The translations under genes and the position numbers were made by a program. This document shows positions 1 to 12,400 of a DNA stretch of 64,000 nucleotides, in pieces. Source of the stretch: Eledone cirrhosa (Eukaryota); NCBI GenBank assembly GCA_964016885.1, contig OZ024751.1:21886001-21950000 (forward strand). Direction: 5' to 3'. How positions within the stretch are numbered: the first letter of the stretch is position 1; every line of letters begins with the position of its first letter. The notes beneath the pieces are model-generated. The model was not told where the DNA came from. It did not search any database and saw only the letters and a program-made list of their open reading frames with translations.

Positions 1-301
1 AATTCTATTTTACAAATGTAAATACAATTATAAGAGATAATAATGTTTTTGCTGCAGCTTTTGAAACGTGAAATTGAATTGTAGCAAGGAAAACAATCGC
101 GCAATGAAAGACGTCTTTCTGCTTCAGTGAATAGAACATTTAACAGTGACCGCAAGTCTGACAGAAGGAGATAGAGATATAACTTATTAAAATGAATGAT
201 ATTTCATTGTTCTGAAAAAGGAGTCTCCATTTTCATAGAGATTTCCACATCTATCCAAAAGGTGAGGATTTGTTGATAATTAATTCAAACATAATCTAGA
301 T

Positions 302-692
302 CAGGTATGGGAAACCTTTGTTGAGCAGTGAGCAACATGAGATATGGCTCATCATAAGGTGGGACACATGAGATATGGCTCATTATAAGATGGGACACAT
401 GAGATATGACTCATCATAAGGTGGGACACATGAGATATGGCTCATTATAAGATGGGATACACGAGATATGACTCATCATAAGGTGGGACACATGAGATAT
501 GGCTCATTATAAGGTGAACCACATGGGATATGGCTCATCATGAGGTGGACCACATGAGATATGGATCATTGTTTGACAGGCCATATGAGATACAGTTCAT
601 CATGTGGCAGGTTGCAAGTAAAACACTCAAGGTAATTTTTAATTATGTGAGTCACTCAGAAAACTAAAGGGACCACAATTTGCCCATACCTG
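302..692. mobile_element. hAT/Charlie-type MITE with internal 31-bp minisatellite
   Basis: TIRs CAGGTATGGGAAA / TTTGCCCATACCTG; flanks ATCTAGAT and ATTTGAAT (degenerate 8-bp TSD). Confidence 0.65.
336..603. repeat. 31-bp tandem repeat, ~8.5 copies
   Basis: Unit CATGAGATATGGCTCATCATAAGGTGGGACA. Confidence 0.9.
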
Positions 693-1225
693 ATTTGAAT
701 AATATGAATTAGGATGTTATGACTATTGTAAGAAAATACTTTTCTCCTCATCTTCAAAATCTAGAAGGGCATCTGACAAGTTTAAAATACAATGATTTCA
801 GCTCGTACTTTCTTCAGTTGCAGAGCAGATCCAATAATGCAATATCCATTTTCTCTTTTAGAGGGTCCAGTTGGTTGTGGGGGAAACATAATTATACAGT
901 ACTTTACAAATAATTCTGCCATAGATGGTTCCAAGTCTGGTTGGGTAAGTTTGGAGGGTTGGCCATGGCTGGAGAGATACTATGATTGTAAGAAAAGAAG
1001 ACCAATGAATTGATGAATTCAGTGATGAAGCAAAGGACAACAAAGATATGTGAAGTCATTGATACCACCAGACAGAACGATGCCCATGGACATTAAGAAG
1101 ACATTAAAGATAGAGTTGAGACTATTTTTTGCAATTTCAAAACCAAATCTGCCATTAGGCACACTCAGGTGATGAGAAGGAAGTAAGGAAAAGAACTGAT
1201 GTAGTCTTGGTTGATCCAAGACATA

Positions 1226-1422
1226 CCATACATACTCAAGTATAAGTCAAGGAATATGTGATCCCACCTCCAAAAAATCTATGGTAGAAGTGGGGTCGGC
1301 TTACATTCGGGGGCAATATTTTGACGAATTTCTCCAATTTCAAATTCTACATAAATAAAGTTTAGATTTTTGGCCATTTCTCAGACATAATATATTCGAC
1401 ACTTATATTCGAGTATATACGG
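1226..1422. mobile_element. Tc1/pogo(Tigger)-like MITE
   Basis: TA-flanked TIRs CCATACATACTCAAGTATAAGT / ACTTATATTCGAGTATATACGG. Confidence 0.65.
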
Positions 1423-1602
1423 TAATTTGCTTCCACCAAGTTGATTTATAAACAAGGCTCACTTTCACTGCCAAGACTATATGAGTTCTCTCTCGTTTGT
1501 TTCTCATCATCACAACAGACCCTAAAGAGAGTTTCAGTATTGGAAACATAAGCTCAGTTGATTGATGATGATGATGAAGCTGATGATGATGATGGTGGTG
1601 AA

Positions 1603-1910
1603 GGTGCTTGGCTTAGTGTTTAGAGTGTTCAGTTGACGATCGTAAGGTCGTGAGTTCGATTCCTGGATAGGGTGGCGCGTTGTGTCTTTGTGCAAGACGC
1701 GTTATTTCACGTTGCTCCAGTCCACTCAACTGGCAAACATTAGTTGTATCTGTAATTCAAGAAACCAACTTTGTCACGCCGAATCTCCATGAGAACTACA
1801 TGATGGGTGCTCGTGTCTGAAATGTTTAGCCACTTACAACGGACATTTCACGAGCAGACAGTTCCGCTGATTGAATCAACTGGAGCACTCGTCGCCAGAA
1901 ACCACGGAGG
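1603..1910 (+). mobile_element. tRNA-derived SINE (family A, CORE-like body)
   Basis: A-box TGGCTTAGTG, B-box GAGTTCGATTCC, body TTGTGTCTTTGTGCAAGAC..TTTCACGTTGCTCCAG shared with copies at 29875, 52965 and 60140. Confidence 0.8.
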
Positions 1911-2517
1911 TCCAACAACAAGATTGTCAACTTAATGTTTATGATACATTAAATAAACAATTATTAGTACTCTTATTTTGTAAATAATTTACCTGCGTAC
2001 GTTTAATAAGTTTGCACACGAACACATACATACACACATGAACACAGCCAACAGAGATGCCATGGTTAATGGATCTGTTAGAAACAACAGCTAAATTTAT
2101 CAAATTAATGCTCTATGTCAGACATTTACATAAATGTAGCCCTAGAAACATAAAATGACAAGTTGGTCATGATTAATAGACCCGTGGCTAAATAAATAAC
2201 AAGGTATGATAATAGTAATTTTAACAGCAACAGACTGACTGAGCTGACTATTGATAAACTTCACGGTGCGGTTACATCTAACGGAAAGAGGGAGGAAGGA
2301 AAGCAATGAAGAGAGAGAGAGAGAGAGAGAGAGCCAAGAAAAGAAAAGCGAAGTTAATTAAATGGACAAGTTGCACTTCACAGCAAGCAGCAGGCAAGGC
2401 TGATTGTTGTTTTATATGTAATCTTGTAAAAAATAAAAATAAAATAAAATGTGAAAGAGAAACTGTAAAACGGTAAACGATACGAAAATTTCACAATCAC
2501 TATAACACGGACGATGC

Positions 2518-2572
2518 AACGTGACTGAGAGTAAAACACGTGCGTGAAACCGACCAATGATTAGTCGGTTTC
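2518..2572 (+). promoter_or_regulatory. E'-box plus E-box plus palindromic CCAAT element upstream of cry
   Basis: AACGTG 2518-2523; CACGTG 2537-2542; GAAACCGAC..GTCGGTTTC inverted repeat 2546-2572 enclosing CCAAT; about 730 bp upstream of the cry ATG. Confidence 0.55.
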
Positions 2573-2966
2573 TCTCAAGAAACTGTCTGACAGAGAAAGA
2601 GCATCAGTGTTATGATGTGTGTGTGGTCTTTTTTAACGAATAATAGATAGATTTACATTGTTTAGCGAGTCTTCATCTCTTCATCACTACCATCACTTAG
2701 TCCATCAATTGAGTAATTTGATACTAATATTAATTATTCATTTTTAAACATTTGCAGACATTATACAAGTGTACGTGAATGTATGAATGAAGACTAAGCG
2801 TTAGCGGGAAGACAAGTGAAAAAAAAAGCTAAGTGCGAGATCGGATTATACACTTTATTTATATTATATATACAGTTTTATTATCATAATTTCATCATTT
2901 TCTTTCAAATAAGTAATCATATCACATCAACAATGAGGCGTTTAATACATAATACAACCAACGACC

Positions 2967-2977
2967 AATCTGGGTCA
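2967..2977 (+). promoter_or_regulatory. RORE/RevRE consensus match
   Basis: AATCTGGGTCA fits WAWNTRGGTCA exactly, about 300 bp upstream of the cry ATG. Confidence 0.4.
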
Positions 2978-3269
2978 TAAAAAAAGTTCACAGAAAAAGC
3001 CTTTGGAATATATCTATCCACATTAACTAACTATTGGATTACTTACAAGTGTTTGCTGTGTCCATCTCTATGTCTTTGTCTGTGATTCTTTCTCTGTCTA
3101 TCTATCTTTTTAACGGCGTCAACATTTCATGATCTTAATTATTATGCGCACACCTTACAACGCATTTTTTGTTGTTGTTTGAGTTGAAAAAAAAGCTAAG
3201 TCAGCGAGGCGAAGGTGTTTTAATAACACAAAATATTCTACCTATATATTACATACAACAATCACAATT

Positions 3270-3439
3270 ATGTCTAATGAATCAGGTAAACATGTCATCC
3301 ATTGGTTTCGCAAAGGGTTGCGCCTTCACGACAACCCGGCGTTAAAGGAAGCTTTGAAAGGTGCAGCTACTGTTCGTTGTATATACACACTGGACCCATG
3401 GTTTGCCGGATCCTCTCAAGTTGGAATTAACAAATGGGG
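3270..3439 (+). CDS. cry2: Cryptochrome exon 1
   Basis: ATG at 3270; [56 protein letters not shown]; donor GTAAGT at 3440. Confidence 0.95.
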
Positions 3440-6400
3440 GTAAGTTGTATGTGTGTTGTTTTTTTTCTTTGATGTTTGTTAACCTATAACCCCAAATGGA
3501 CGGACCTTAAGAAAGTGAAAGTTTTATTCCACCAAATACTTCATTTCAGTTATTTAGACTTTCTATATAGTAATAACCCCTGTTTTGTTAATACTTTCGT
3601 TATCCGATAAACGTAAACTCCTTAAATGTTTTTGAAAACACCTTCGAATTTCATGTTGATGATAAAATATACAGAAACCATTTATATGCACCCGCCAGAG
3701 TCAGATGAAGTGGTCCCACTTCGATGGATACCTGTATAGTATTAGTTAGATATTTCAACAACACCACACTACTGAAAAATAGTCTCTATATAGAAAAATA
3801 CCCTTAAGTATTAAATAACCAAAGTCTTATGTCTCTTGCTAATTTACAAGTTCTACTCAAATGATGGTCTGAAATTTGAATTATTTTCGTATTTTCATCT
3901 TTATTCATTTATTTTCAGTCTAACGAAATAGCAAAGACTTCTCATATTAACACTGTATAATCTATTTACCATTTCTGCACGCTTTTTTCTGCCCAGCATT
4001 CAAGTTTAGTTCCCTCATTGTCAGGTCTACACGCGAGGGTACGTTATACGTAATCCATGGATCCGCGATTCTTATTTTATTGACCCATGTGAAATTTGAA
4101 CCAAGGGAACGGAGAGATACTAAATATTTACTTTGTTCCTCTTCTTTTGTCATTTAAAGAGTTAAAAAGTATTGTTTTATCTGTTTTTACATCGACACAA
4201 GCCGTTTTTATTGGAAGGAGTAGGTGGTCCGGTCGCTCTCCGACAGGTTTCTTCTGGTGTCCTCGGACCTAGGGCTACCTCCTTACTCACCACCATAGGC
4301 GCTGAGCTGGCCAGCCGCAGGTGTGAGCCCCGCGAGTTGGAGTGGCTTTTCCAGCGCGTCTCTCTTGCCGTCCTCCGGGAAACGCCTTCTCCATTCTGTC
4401 CGCCGGGGCTGTGGGTGGGCCCCATCGCGTACCAATACATTAGTTAAATACCATTCTTTCATCTGATACAACTCAATACATGTGTACCGCCATGTTTTGC
4501 ACTAACATAGTCTCGAACGTAGAATGTTTTCTTTTTTACCAGTGTTTAATATATATTTAAAAAAAATTCTATTGTAAAGATTATGTTGAAATTCTGAAAA
4601 TCTAATAAATGTATGATTTTGAAAATAAAAATAATACTTGTGTAAAGAAAAAAAAAAAATAAAAGACATGTTATGTTTGTATGACGTAAGCGATAAAATA
4701 ATTGTCGTCAATCGGAAATTAAAATCGCGTGTATTCAGTTCGTTGGACAATGACAAATAATCAACTATCCAACAATTCTAATTTTTTAGTCATATTCATT
4801 TTAATTAACTAATTTCAAGAAATTTGTTTACTATTAGGTAATCATTGCAAATTATATCCCTGAAAGACTTTCAGCTGCCGCCTCTCCAAAGAAGAGTTTT
4901 CTCCCTTTAGTAACACGCACTTCTCTCTGTCACACTCACTCATTCTGACGCCGACAGACACACTCACTCAGATAGACAGCACATGCAAACACATTCACTG
5001 ATGTTTGTGACCATGGACACTTGTTCATTCACACATTTACTGATACACACACAGTATTTTATATAGTCGACATGATATATAGTAACAAAGGCATGCACAT
5101 GTACATACATGAACTATTACATTGATCAACCTGCATCATATGCAGTGACAAAAGTATGCACGTGTACCTGCATGTACTATTGCACATTTCACATGCATCT
5201 ATGGAGACTTTTGCATGTAGGTAGACATGTATGCACTGATACACATTTTTCTATGTAGACATGTAATGTACAGTGAATATTTTACATGCATTATTGCACA
5301 AGCTTACATGCATGCCAATCAGACAGGAAAAGGCAACAAAAGGCAACTGCAATTGGCATATCTTAATAACTATAATAAATAATTCGGAAATTATTATTAT
5401 TATAGATAATGATATATTGATAATGATGAAAAAAGTAATGATATGCTCAAATATTGATCACATATACGTTATGCCGATATTTCCCTAAAAGGTTAAGTTT
5501 ATAACGACCCCTTAATACATGGCTCCCCAATATGGTCGATTGGATTAACTCAAGGTGGTAGATTGAACTTTTGGGCCCAAATCTGACATTTATATAAGAA
5601 ATGAAAATGCATAAAGTTATGCAATAAAATACAGTTTTAGATTATATATATATTCGTATTTATTGTTTATTTATTTTTAATATATTCTGTTTACTGGATT
5701 ATTTACTAATTATTTTTAGACATGTCTGGGTTAATAAGATTTCAAGAATTCCAAGGAGAGGTCGAGCGTCTAAAAGGTTTGGGGATCCATTTCATGGTCT
5801 GATGAGAACTTCAGATTTTTAGGCATCAAACTTGAAGACAGTAAAGCATCTGTTTTTCACATGAATTTAATTTTTTTTACAAAGTTAAAGGAACTCTTGA
5901 TTTTTTTTTTTTAAAGTTCGTATCTATCCAGACTTTCTTGTATTGAATTCCCCTCTTGGGATGAGGGAAATTACTTGTGATGTTTTTTTTTTAACAGGAC
6001 AAGATAAAAAGATACATCTAGAGTTGTGTCGGGCATCTTGACATATGGAAGGACTCTATATTTCGGATAGGTTTAGCTTTTAGAGTTCAAATCATGCCGA
6101 GGTTAGCTTTCCCTTTCATTCTTGCAGGGTCAATAAAATAAAGTGCCAGTATCTCGATTTAATCGACTTTCCCCTATCCCCCAAATTGTTGGCCTTGTGG
6201 CTAAATCAGAAACAATTATTGTCAGTATTGTTAGGGCATCGGAAGAAATTCTTTGAAGTATTTCTTCCGGGTCTTTACGCTCTGAGTTCTTTTTTTTTTG
6301 CCTTTTATCCTTTCGGGGTTGATAAAATAAAGTACTGGAATCGATGGAATCGACTTTCCTCCCTCCACACACATTGCTGGTCTTGTGCCTAAATCAGAAA

Positions 6401-9400
6401 CCAATATTATAATTAGCGTAATTACAGTATTTATATCAACAGTTTTAATATCTACTTCAAGATAGTCGTGTGAATCTACCGCCATTTTCTCCTTCTTCTC
6501 CAACTTTACATAATTTTGAACTTAAAAAAAATGATATTTTTTAATGGGGTTCTTTATTATTACTATCATTATTACTATTATCATCTTTATTATCATTATT
6601 AATACTATTTTTATAATAATCATTATTATTATTTCTTCCTATTATTGTTATTTCCTTGATAGTTATAAAACCTCCATTACTATTTTTCACTTCAATGGTG
6701 GGAAAATTTGCTTAGATACATTATAATTAGCATGAAGTCAATGTAGATGTCTTGAGCTCGTTTAGTTTATTTATTTTGATGGTTGTATTTTATTTGTAGT
6801 TGTGATTTCTTCTTTTTACTGTTTTGTCCGAATGGTTTTATTTTTTTTAATGAAAATTCTTTATTTTCCTCTATTGTCCTGTTCGAATCCGATCTTTTCA
6901 TATTAAGGATTTATCTGACATAGGCGAGTGGAAAGATAGGACATTATGACGATCTACATATATTATTTCAAAAGGTATTATAGTGACATAGTTATTATTT
7001 TAGTATAGGGAACTCGAATTATTTTTTAAATTTTATTTTAGTTGAAATAAGGGCAGAAGTTCGGAATAAGCACATCATTTAATCGACTTAACTTTCAATA
7101 TTCTTCGAATTTTTACATTTTAAACAGAGGGAAATGCATTTTTTTTTACACTTTAGAGTTGTATATACAATTAAAAACAGAGGTACACATTTCTGTTAGC
7201 CTTTTCACAATCACAAAATTCAATTTCAGTTTTATGAGACCTCGGAAATATATATATAAAGAAAATGTCGAGACATCTTGTTTCAGATTGAAGGCTTCAT
7301 CAGAGAACTATCAACTGATGCTGAAGGCTGGATAGATTAAGACTAGTGAGAGAGGGGGAAGGTGGAAGAGATAAAAGATATGTTAATAGGAGGAAGAAGA
7401 GATATGTTAGTGAGGGAAGAGGGGGAAATAGTCTATGAGAGAAGAAAAGGTAAAAGAACTTGCAACAAATTTGAACATTCGTTGTGTGGAGGAGGAGATA
7501 ACGATAGCAAAAGAAACACCGTACAGGCAGCTAGATAGACATATGTTGTGTAAAAAAAACACTGTACAGACAGATAGATAGACATATGTTGTGTAAATGT
7601 GCTTATGGCATAACATTTATTCCATGTACATCACTATTTTCCTCAGGTTCTGCTGTTTTACCATATAAGATTTAAATGTTTCTGGTTTCTAAATGCTTTT
7701 AATTTGTCAAAAGCTCTCTTGACCAATGGAAAAAACTGAATAGGAAGCTGCAAAAATAAAATAAAAAAATTAACAACAGAAATCATTACAAAAGCTGGTT
7801 GGTTTTCTTTAATAAATGAAACATTTTGCTTCATAAATCTGAAGCATTACTTAATTTTCCTTCTTAATATGATTGGCTTAGTGATTGTAACTCATCTAAT
7901 AGACTAAATGTCAGCAGACCAGGAAAATCACGACTCATTGAATATTTTCCTGTTTGAATTAATAATTTATTTTTTTTACTTGCTAGTGTTTTCTTATCAT
8001 TGAACTTCAAAATAACAAAATGTTTCTTTTTGTTTTTATGTAGTGGTTTTCTTTTCTTTTCCTTGGAAAACGAAAAAAATGAAGTCATTGTTACAAGATG
8101 GCTTCTTAAATTGCAGAAAAGGTTTAGATCATTGTGGATCAATAACCTTTTCGATATTAAACCGCCCTTGGTTTATCTTAGTGTTGATATTTATGTAAAA
8201 ATATTCCATCATAATTTTATGTAAGGGCTTTTAAATTACGTCCCAAACACCAGCTAAATAACGAGAAAGTTACACTACTAAATACTCCCAAATTCTTGTT
8301 TATTTTCAAAAATAGTTGAAAATCACAGTCAGTGTTTTTTTTTAATAAGAAATATGGTAACGAAATGGTTTATTATTTTTAAAAGGGTGTTAGTTCTTAA
8401 AAGAAGAAATTTATCAGTAATGAAGCATTTTTTTTTCACAAAGAAATTGATTAGTTACTCTAAATGTAAAACCAGAAATTAAGGCCCGGTTTCGAATTCT
8501 ACTTTACGTTGTTCCCTCATTCATCAAAATAATTAGCAACGTAAACGGATTTCTCAATTTCTAATTGGATTTATTCGTGTTTTAACTGCTGGATTTTGAA
8601 AACTGTGCCAGCAAGATTTTTTATACATTAATTACATACACATGCATAAACACGCGACCTAATCATAAGTCAACGGAGGAGAGGGGGACCTCTCTCTACG
8701 AAGCCTTTCGTCTGACGAGAAATAAGTGCTAAATCTCCCTCAAACCATACTCTGGCCATCTATACAGTCAACTAACTGTATCTTTTCCACTGCGAAAATT
8801 TACAATCTGTTAATTAGTTAAAAGAAATAGGTTGTAGATGAGTTTATCTAGTGAAATCAGATAAAAATAAAATTTGTTCTGAGCCAAGTATTTTTTTTTC
8901 TGGCGAGGTTGGGGGAGCGATTAAATCAACTGGATGAAATTTAAACTTAAACAGGCTGCTAGCCATACAGATTGATTATAGTTAAGCCTTCTAATCCAGT
9001 GATTTAAAATCACTTGCACCAACTTAGTTTTCTATCTAACTTTTTAGAACTTTGTTTTGTCTACTACATACACTGCCACTATTACTGTAACAAAACTTTT
9101 TTTTTTGTTTAATGATATGAGAACAATTTTATTTATTCTATTTTGTACATATAAACACAGGGAAAGAGCAAGAATTATTAAGCAACGAAAGAAAGGGGGG
9201 AAGGGAAGAGGGTAACAGACTCTACACCTAAATCAGAGTGGTGTTTTGGCTGTGCCTCATGAACAAAATGGCAAAGGCATTTTGTCTGGCCAACAGTCAA
9301 ATATCAATTTCTATATTTCTCAGCTCTGATTCCTCTTTTCCAACCATTGAGTACTTAGCTGAACATAATATATGATACTAGTTAATCAGGATATTACAAT

Positions 9401-12400
9401 TGTAAGTTAGATGGTGTTAAGATGAATGCATTGGCTGGTTTTAAGTGAGGGTGGCATGCATATCCAGTAAATTTAGAGGTATCAGAGATCTTTGTAATAG
9501 TGTTAGAGTTAAGTAGAAAAAAAGAAAATTGGTCAAAACTGTCTAAAAACTATTTTCTTACTACTATAGTTCTGACGAAATACACACTGTTTGTGTTTTT
9601 CAATTAATTTTGGAAATTGTTAAAATAAATTTTTCATTAGCAAGCTGATCTGGCACATTAGTTAAAATGTTTTAAAAAATAAAATTATGGTGGGAGGTTT
9701 TAAACTAAGTATTAACTTTTTAAAATGGGCAGTTACAGGTGGATTAGTATAAAAAGTGTTAACTTTTTCATGACCATTTTAGTTCAGTTAGTGAAGAATT
9801 TTGAGAGATTTACCAAAATAATATGTCATTTCTAAGATATTATCTTAACATATGGTTCCTATAAATTTAAATAGAAAACTTTTAAAATCGATTTTGTTTC
9901 ATAGACACAGAACTAGTTTTAACAGGGTTGGTATCAAAAGAGTTAAATTGTTGCTCTAATATATATATATATATAACTAGTACTACCACCACTGTGACTA
10001 ATACTACCTCAACCACCACAAATACCATCCCCACTACTACTATTTTCATCAGACAGTAAAGTTTCTGAAAATAGTTGTTGAAATTTCACAATTAGTGTAG
10101 GTTTTTATTTTTTTTCATCATGTCTAACTAAAAACTTGCTGCTCCGGGCTTTTATTCATACTTACATTTGCTAATACGTTTTTAGTTTAGACAAGAGATT
10201 CATAACCTCCTTCTTCCCTTCTCTTATAATAATAGTAATAATAATTCTAATAATAATTCTTTGACTTCATATCTCTGTGAGAAATGACCTAACTCTTTTC
10301 TCTGTTAAAACATTGACATTAGTTTTGTGCGAAACCGTCTAAATCCTTGACAGATATATCTTCCATTAATATTGTGAGAAAGCTTTGTTCACATTTTACA
10401 AATGTTTCTCATCTTATAAATACTTCACTATTTAACTATATTACTCTCTCCTGTTTAGATATAATCAGCTTATTTAATTTATATTACTAATTACAAAGTA
10501 TATTGTAAGGGCCAAAAAAAGAATCAAAAACAAGAAAAATATCTGTTGTAATTTACTGTCCGCCATTATCACTCTCTGAAAGATCATGGCTACGTATGAA
10601 ACTATTTGTACTACGCATGTCTATCATTACCATCACCACCACCACCATCACTGTTTAATGTCTATTTTCCAATGATTAGATAGATTGTCACATTATGAGG
10701 CTACACAGATCAGAAGAGCACGTCTTGCTTATACTCTTTGTTTGACTTGGGTTTTCTAAGGTTGAATGCTCTTCCTTAAGGCCAATCACCTGGCGGGTGG
10801 ACTGGGTACTTTTTGTTGTGGCACCAGCAAAGCTACCCGACTGGGTGTTTTTTGCCATGGCACCAGCACTACCACCATCCAGGGTGGGCTGGGTGCTTTT
10901 GTAGTGGCACCCTCACTATCACCTTACAGGGTGGGCTGGGTGCTTTTTGTCATGGCACCAGCACTACCACCATACAGAGTGGGCTGGGTGCCTTTTGTAG
11001 TGGCACCCTCACTTCTTCCTCCAGCTCACCTTGTCTAGCATTGCTGCCTGAATTTCCCTTGCCTTCAACCCAGTGTCATCTTCAAGAACATCCTTCAGTG
11101 CGATAGTTGGTCTCCCAACTCATCTGCACACATCAGGTTTCTAGAAAAGAACTCTGTTAGCCGGTTCATTGTGATGTTTCACATGTACAGCTAATACAAG
11201 CCTCCGATGCCTTATGATGTCAGAAAGGTGAGGGTGTGAACAGTTGGTTTATATTTGATGCAATTAATTATTTTTGTTTAAATATTTTCATTATCAATAC
11301 TAAATATTTATTGATTATTGATATGTAAAAATAAAATAAAAATTTCTATATGTTTTGAAATTCTTTTTTTTTTTTTCTTCAGATTTTTATTAAATTGTCT
11401 GGAAGATCTGGATGATTCCTTACGGAAATTGAATTCCCGTCTGTTTGTAATCCGTGGACAACCTGCTAATATGTTTCCTCAGTTATTTAAGGTAAGTTTG
11501 TTCAGGCTAAAATATAAATGTCACAACATATAATAGCTGTGTTTATTCCCGATAAAGTTCCTACATCATCTAAACTCTGTGTAAATCTTTTCATTGCTAT
11601 TTTTGAGGAAAGGATTGTTTGTGGGTTTAAAGTTGAGAGAGATGATAGGAGAAGGTGGAGCACGGCCTATTACGTAATGGGGTCATAGTCGCTGCAGATA
11701 ATAATACCTTTATTATATAGAAACTACATAATATGACAACTACAGCTTGATAACGTCTGTCTTCCTCATTTGGTGGTTGTTGTGGTGTGGTCCTGTTTGC
11801 TTTGCTGACTTTGGGAAAGAGGGTGGTCCATGTTCAGTTTGTTGAATTTGGAGGGTTTGGTTTAACAGGAGTCGTGAGTGCAGGTTGATGTTGAGTTTAG
11901 TATGTTTGCTGAATGTTTTGTGGGCAGATTGGAGCAATAAAAATCTTATTTATATATATATATATTTACTTTGTTAGCAGGGAAAGCAGACATTAAAACA
12001 GCAATGAAGCAGTGATATATATATATGTATATACACACACATTGTTATTTTTGATAATGGAGAAGATTATATATATATACACACATACACACACATTGTT
12101 ATTTTTGTGTTTTCTTCCCCTTTATTATGGTCAAAATTTAATTACTCTAATCTCTTTCTTTATCAAAGTCTGCTGTGTCATGGCAAACTGAAATTTCTTC
12201 ATTTTTTTTCTTCCCTTGTAGCAATAATTTCTAATCTAGGCCCAAGGCCTGCAATCTGTGTGGAGGTTAAGTCAATTGTATTGACCCCAGTACATAACTG
12301 GTTCTTGATTTTATCAACCTCAGAAGGATGAATAGTGAAGTTGACAGTTGACTTAGTATAGAATACTGGACTGAATACCGTAAAGTTTAAAATATAACAA

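Noticed and set aside
700-1220. Short ORFs, possibly an old LINE fragment
   Set aside because: No recognisable motif could be read in any supplied frame.
1603-1670. tRNA gene (also at 29875 and 60140)
   Set aside because: A/B boxes are present but there is no complete cloverleaf or oligo-T terminator, and the sequence continues into the SINE body.
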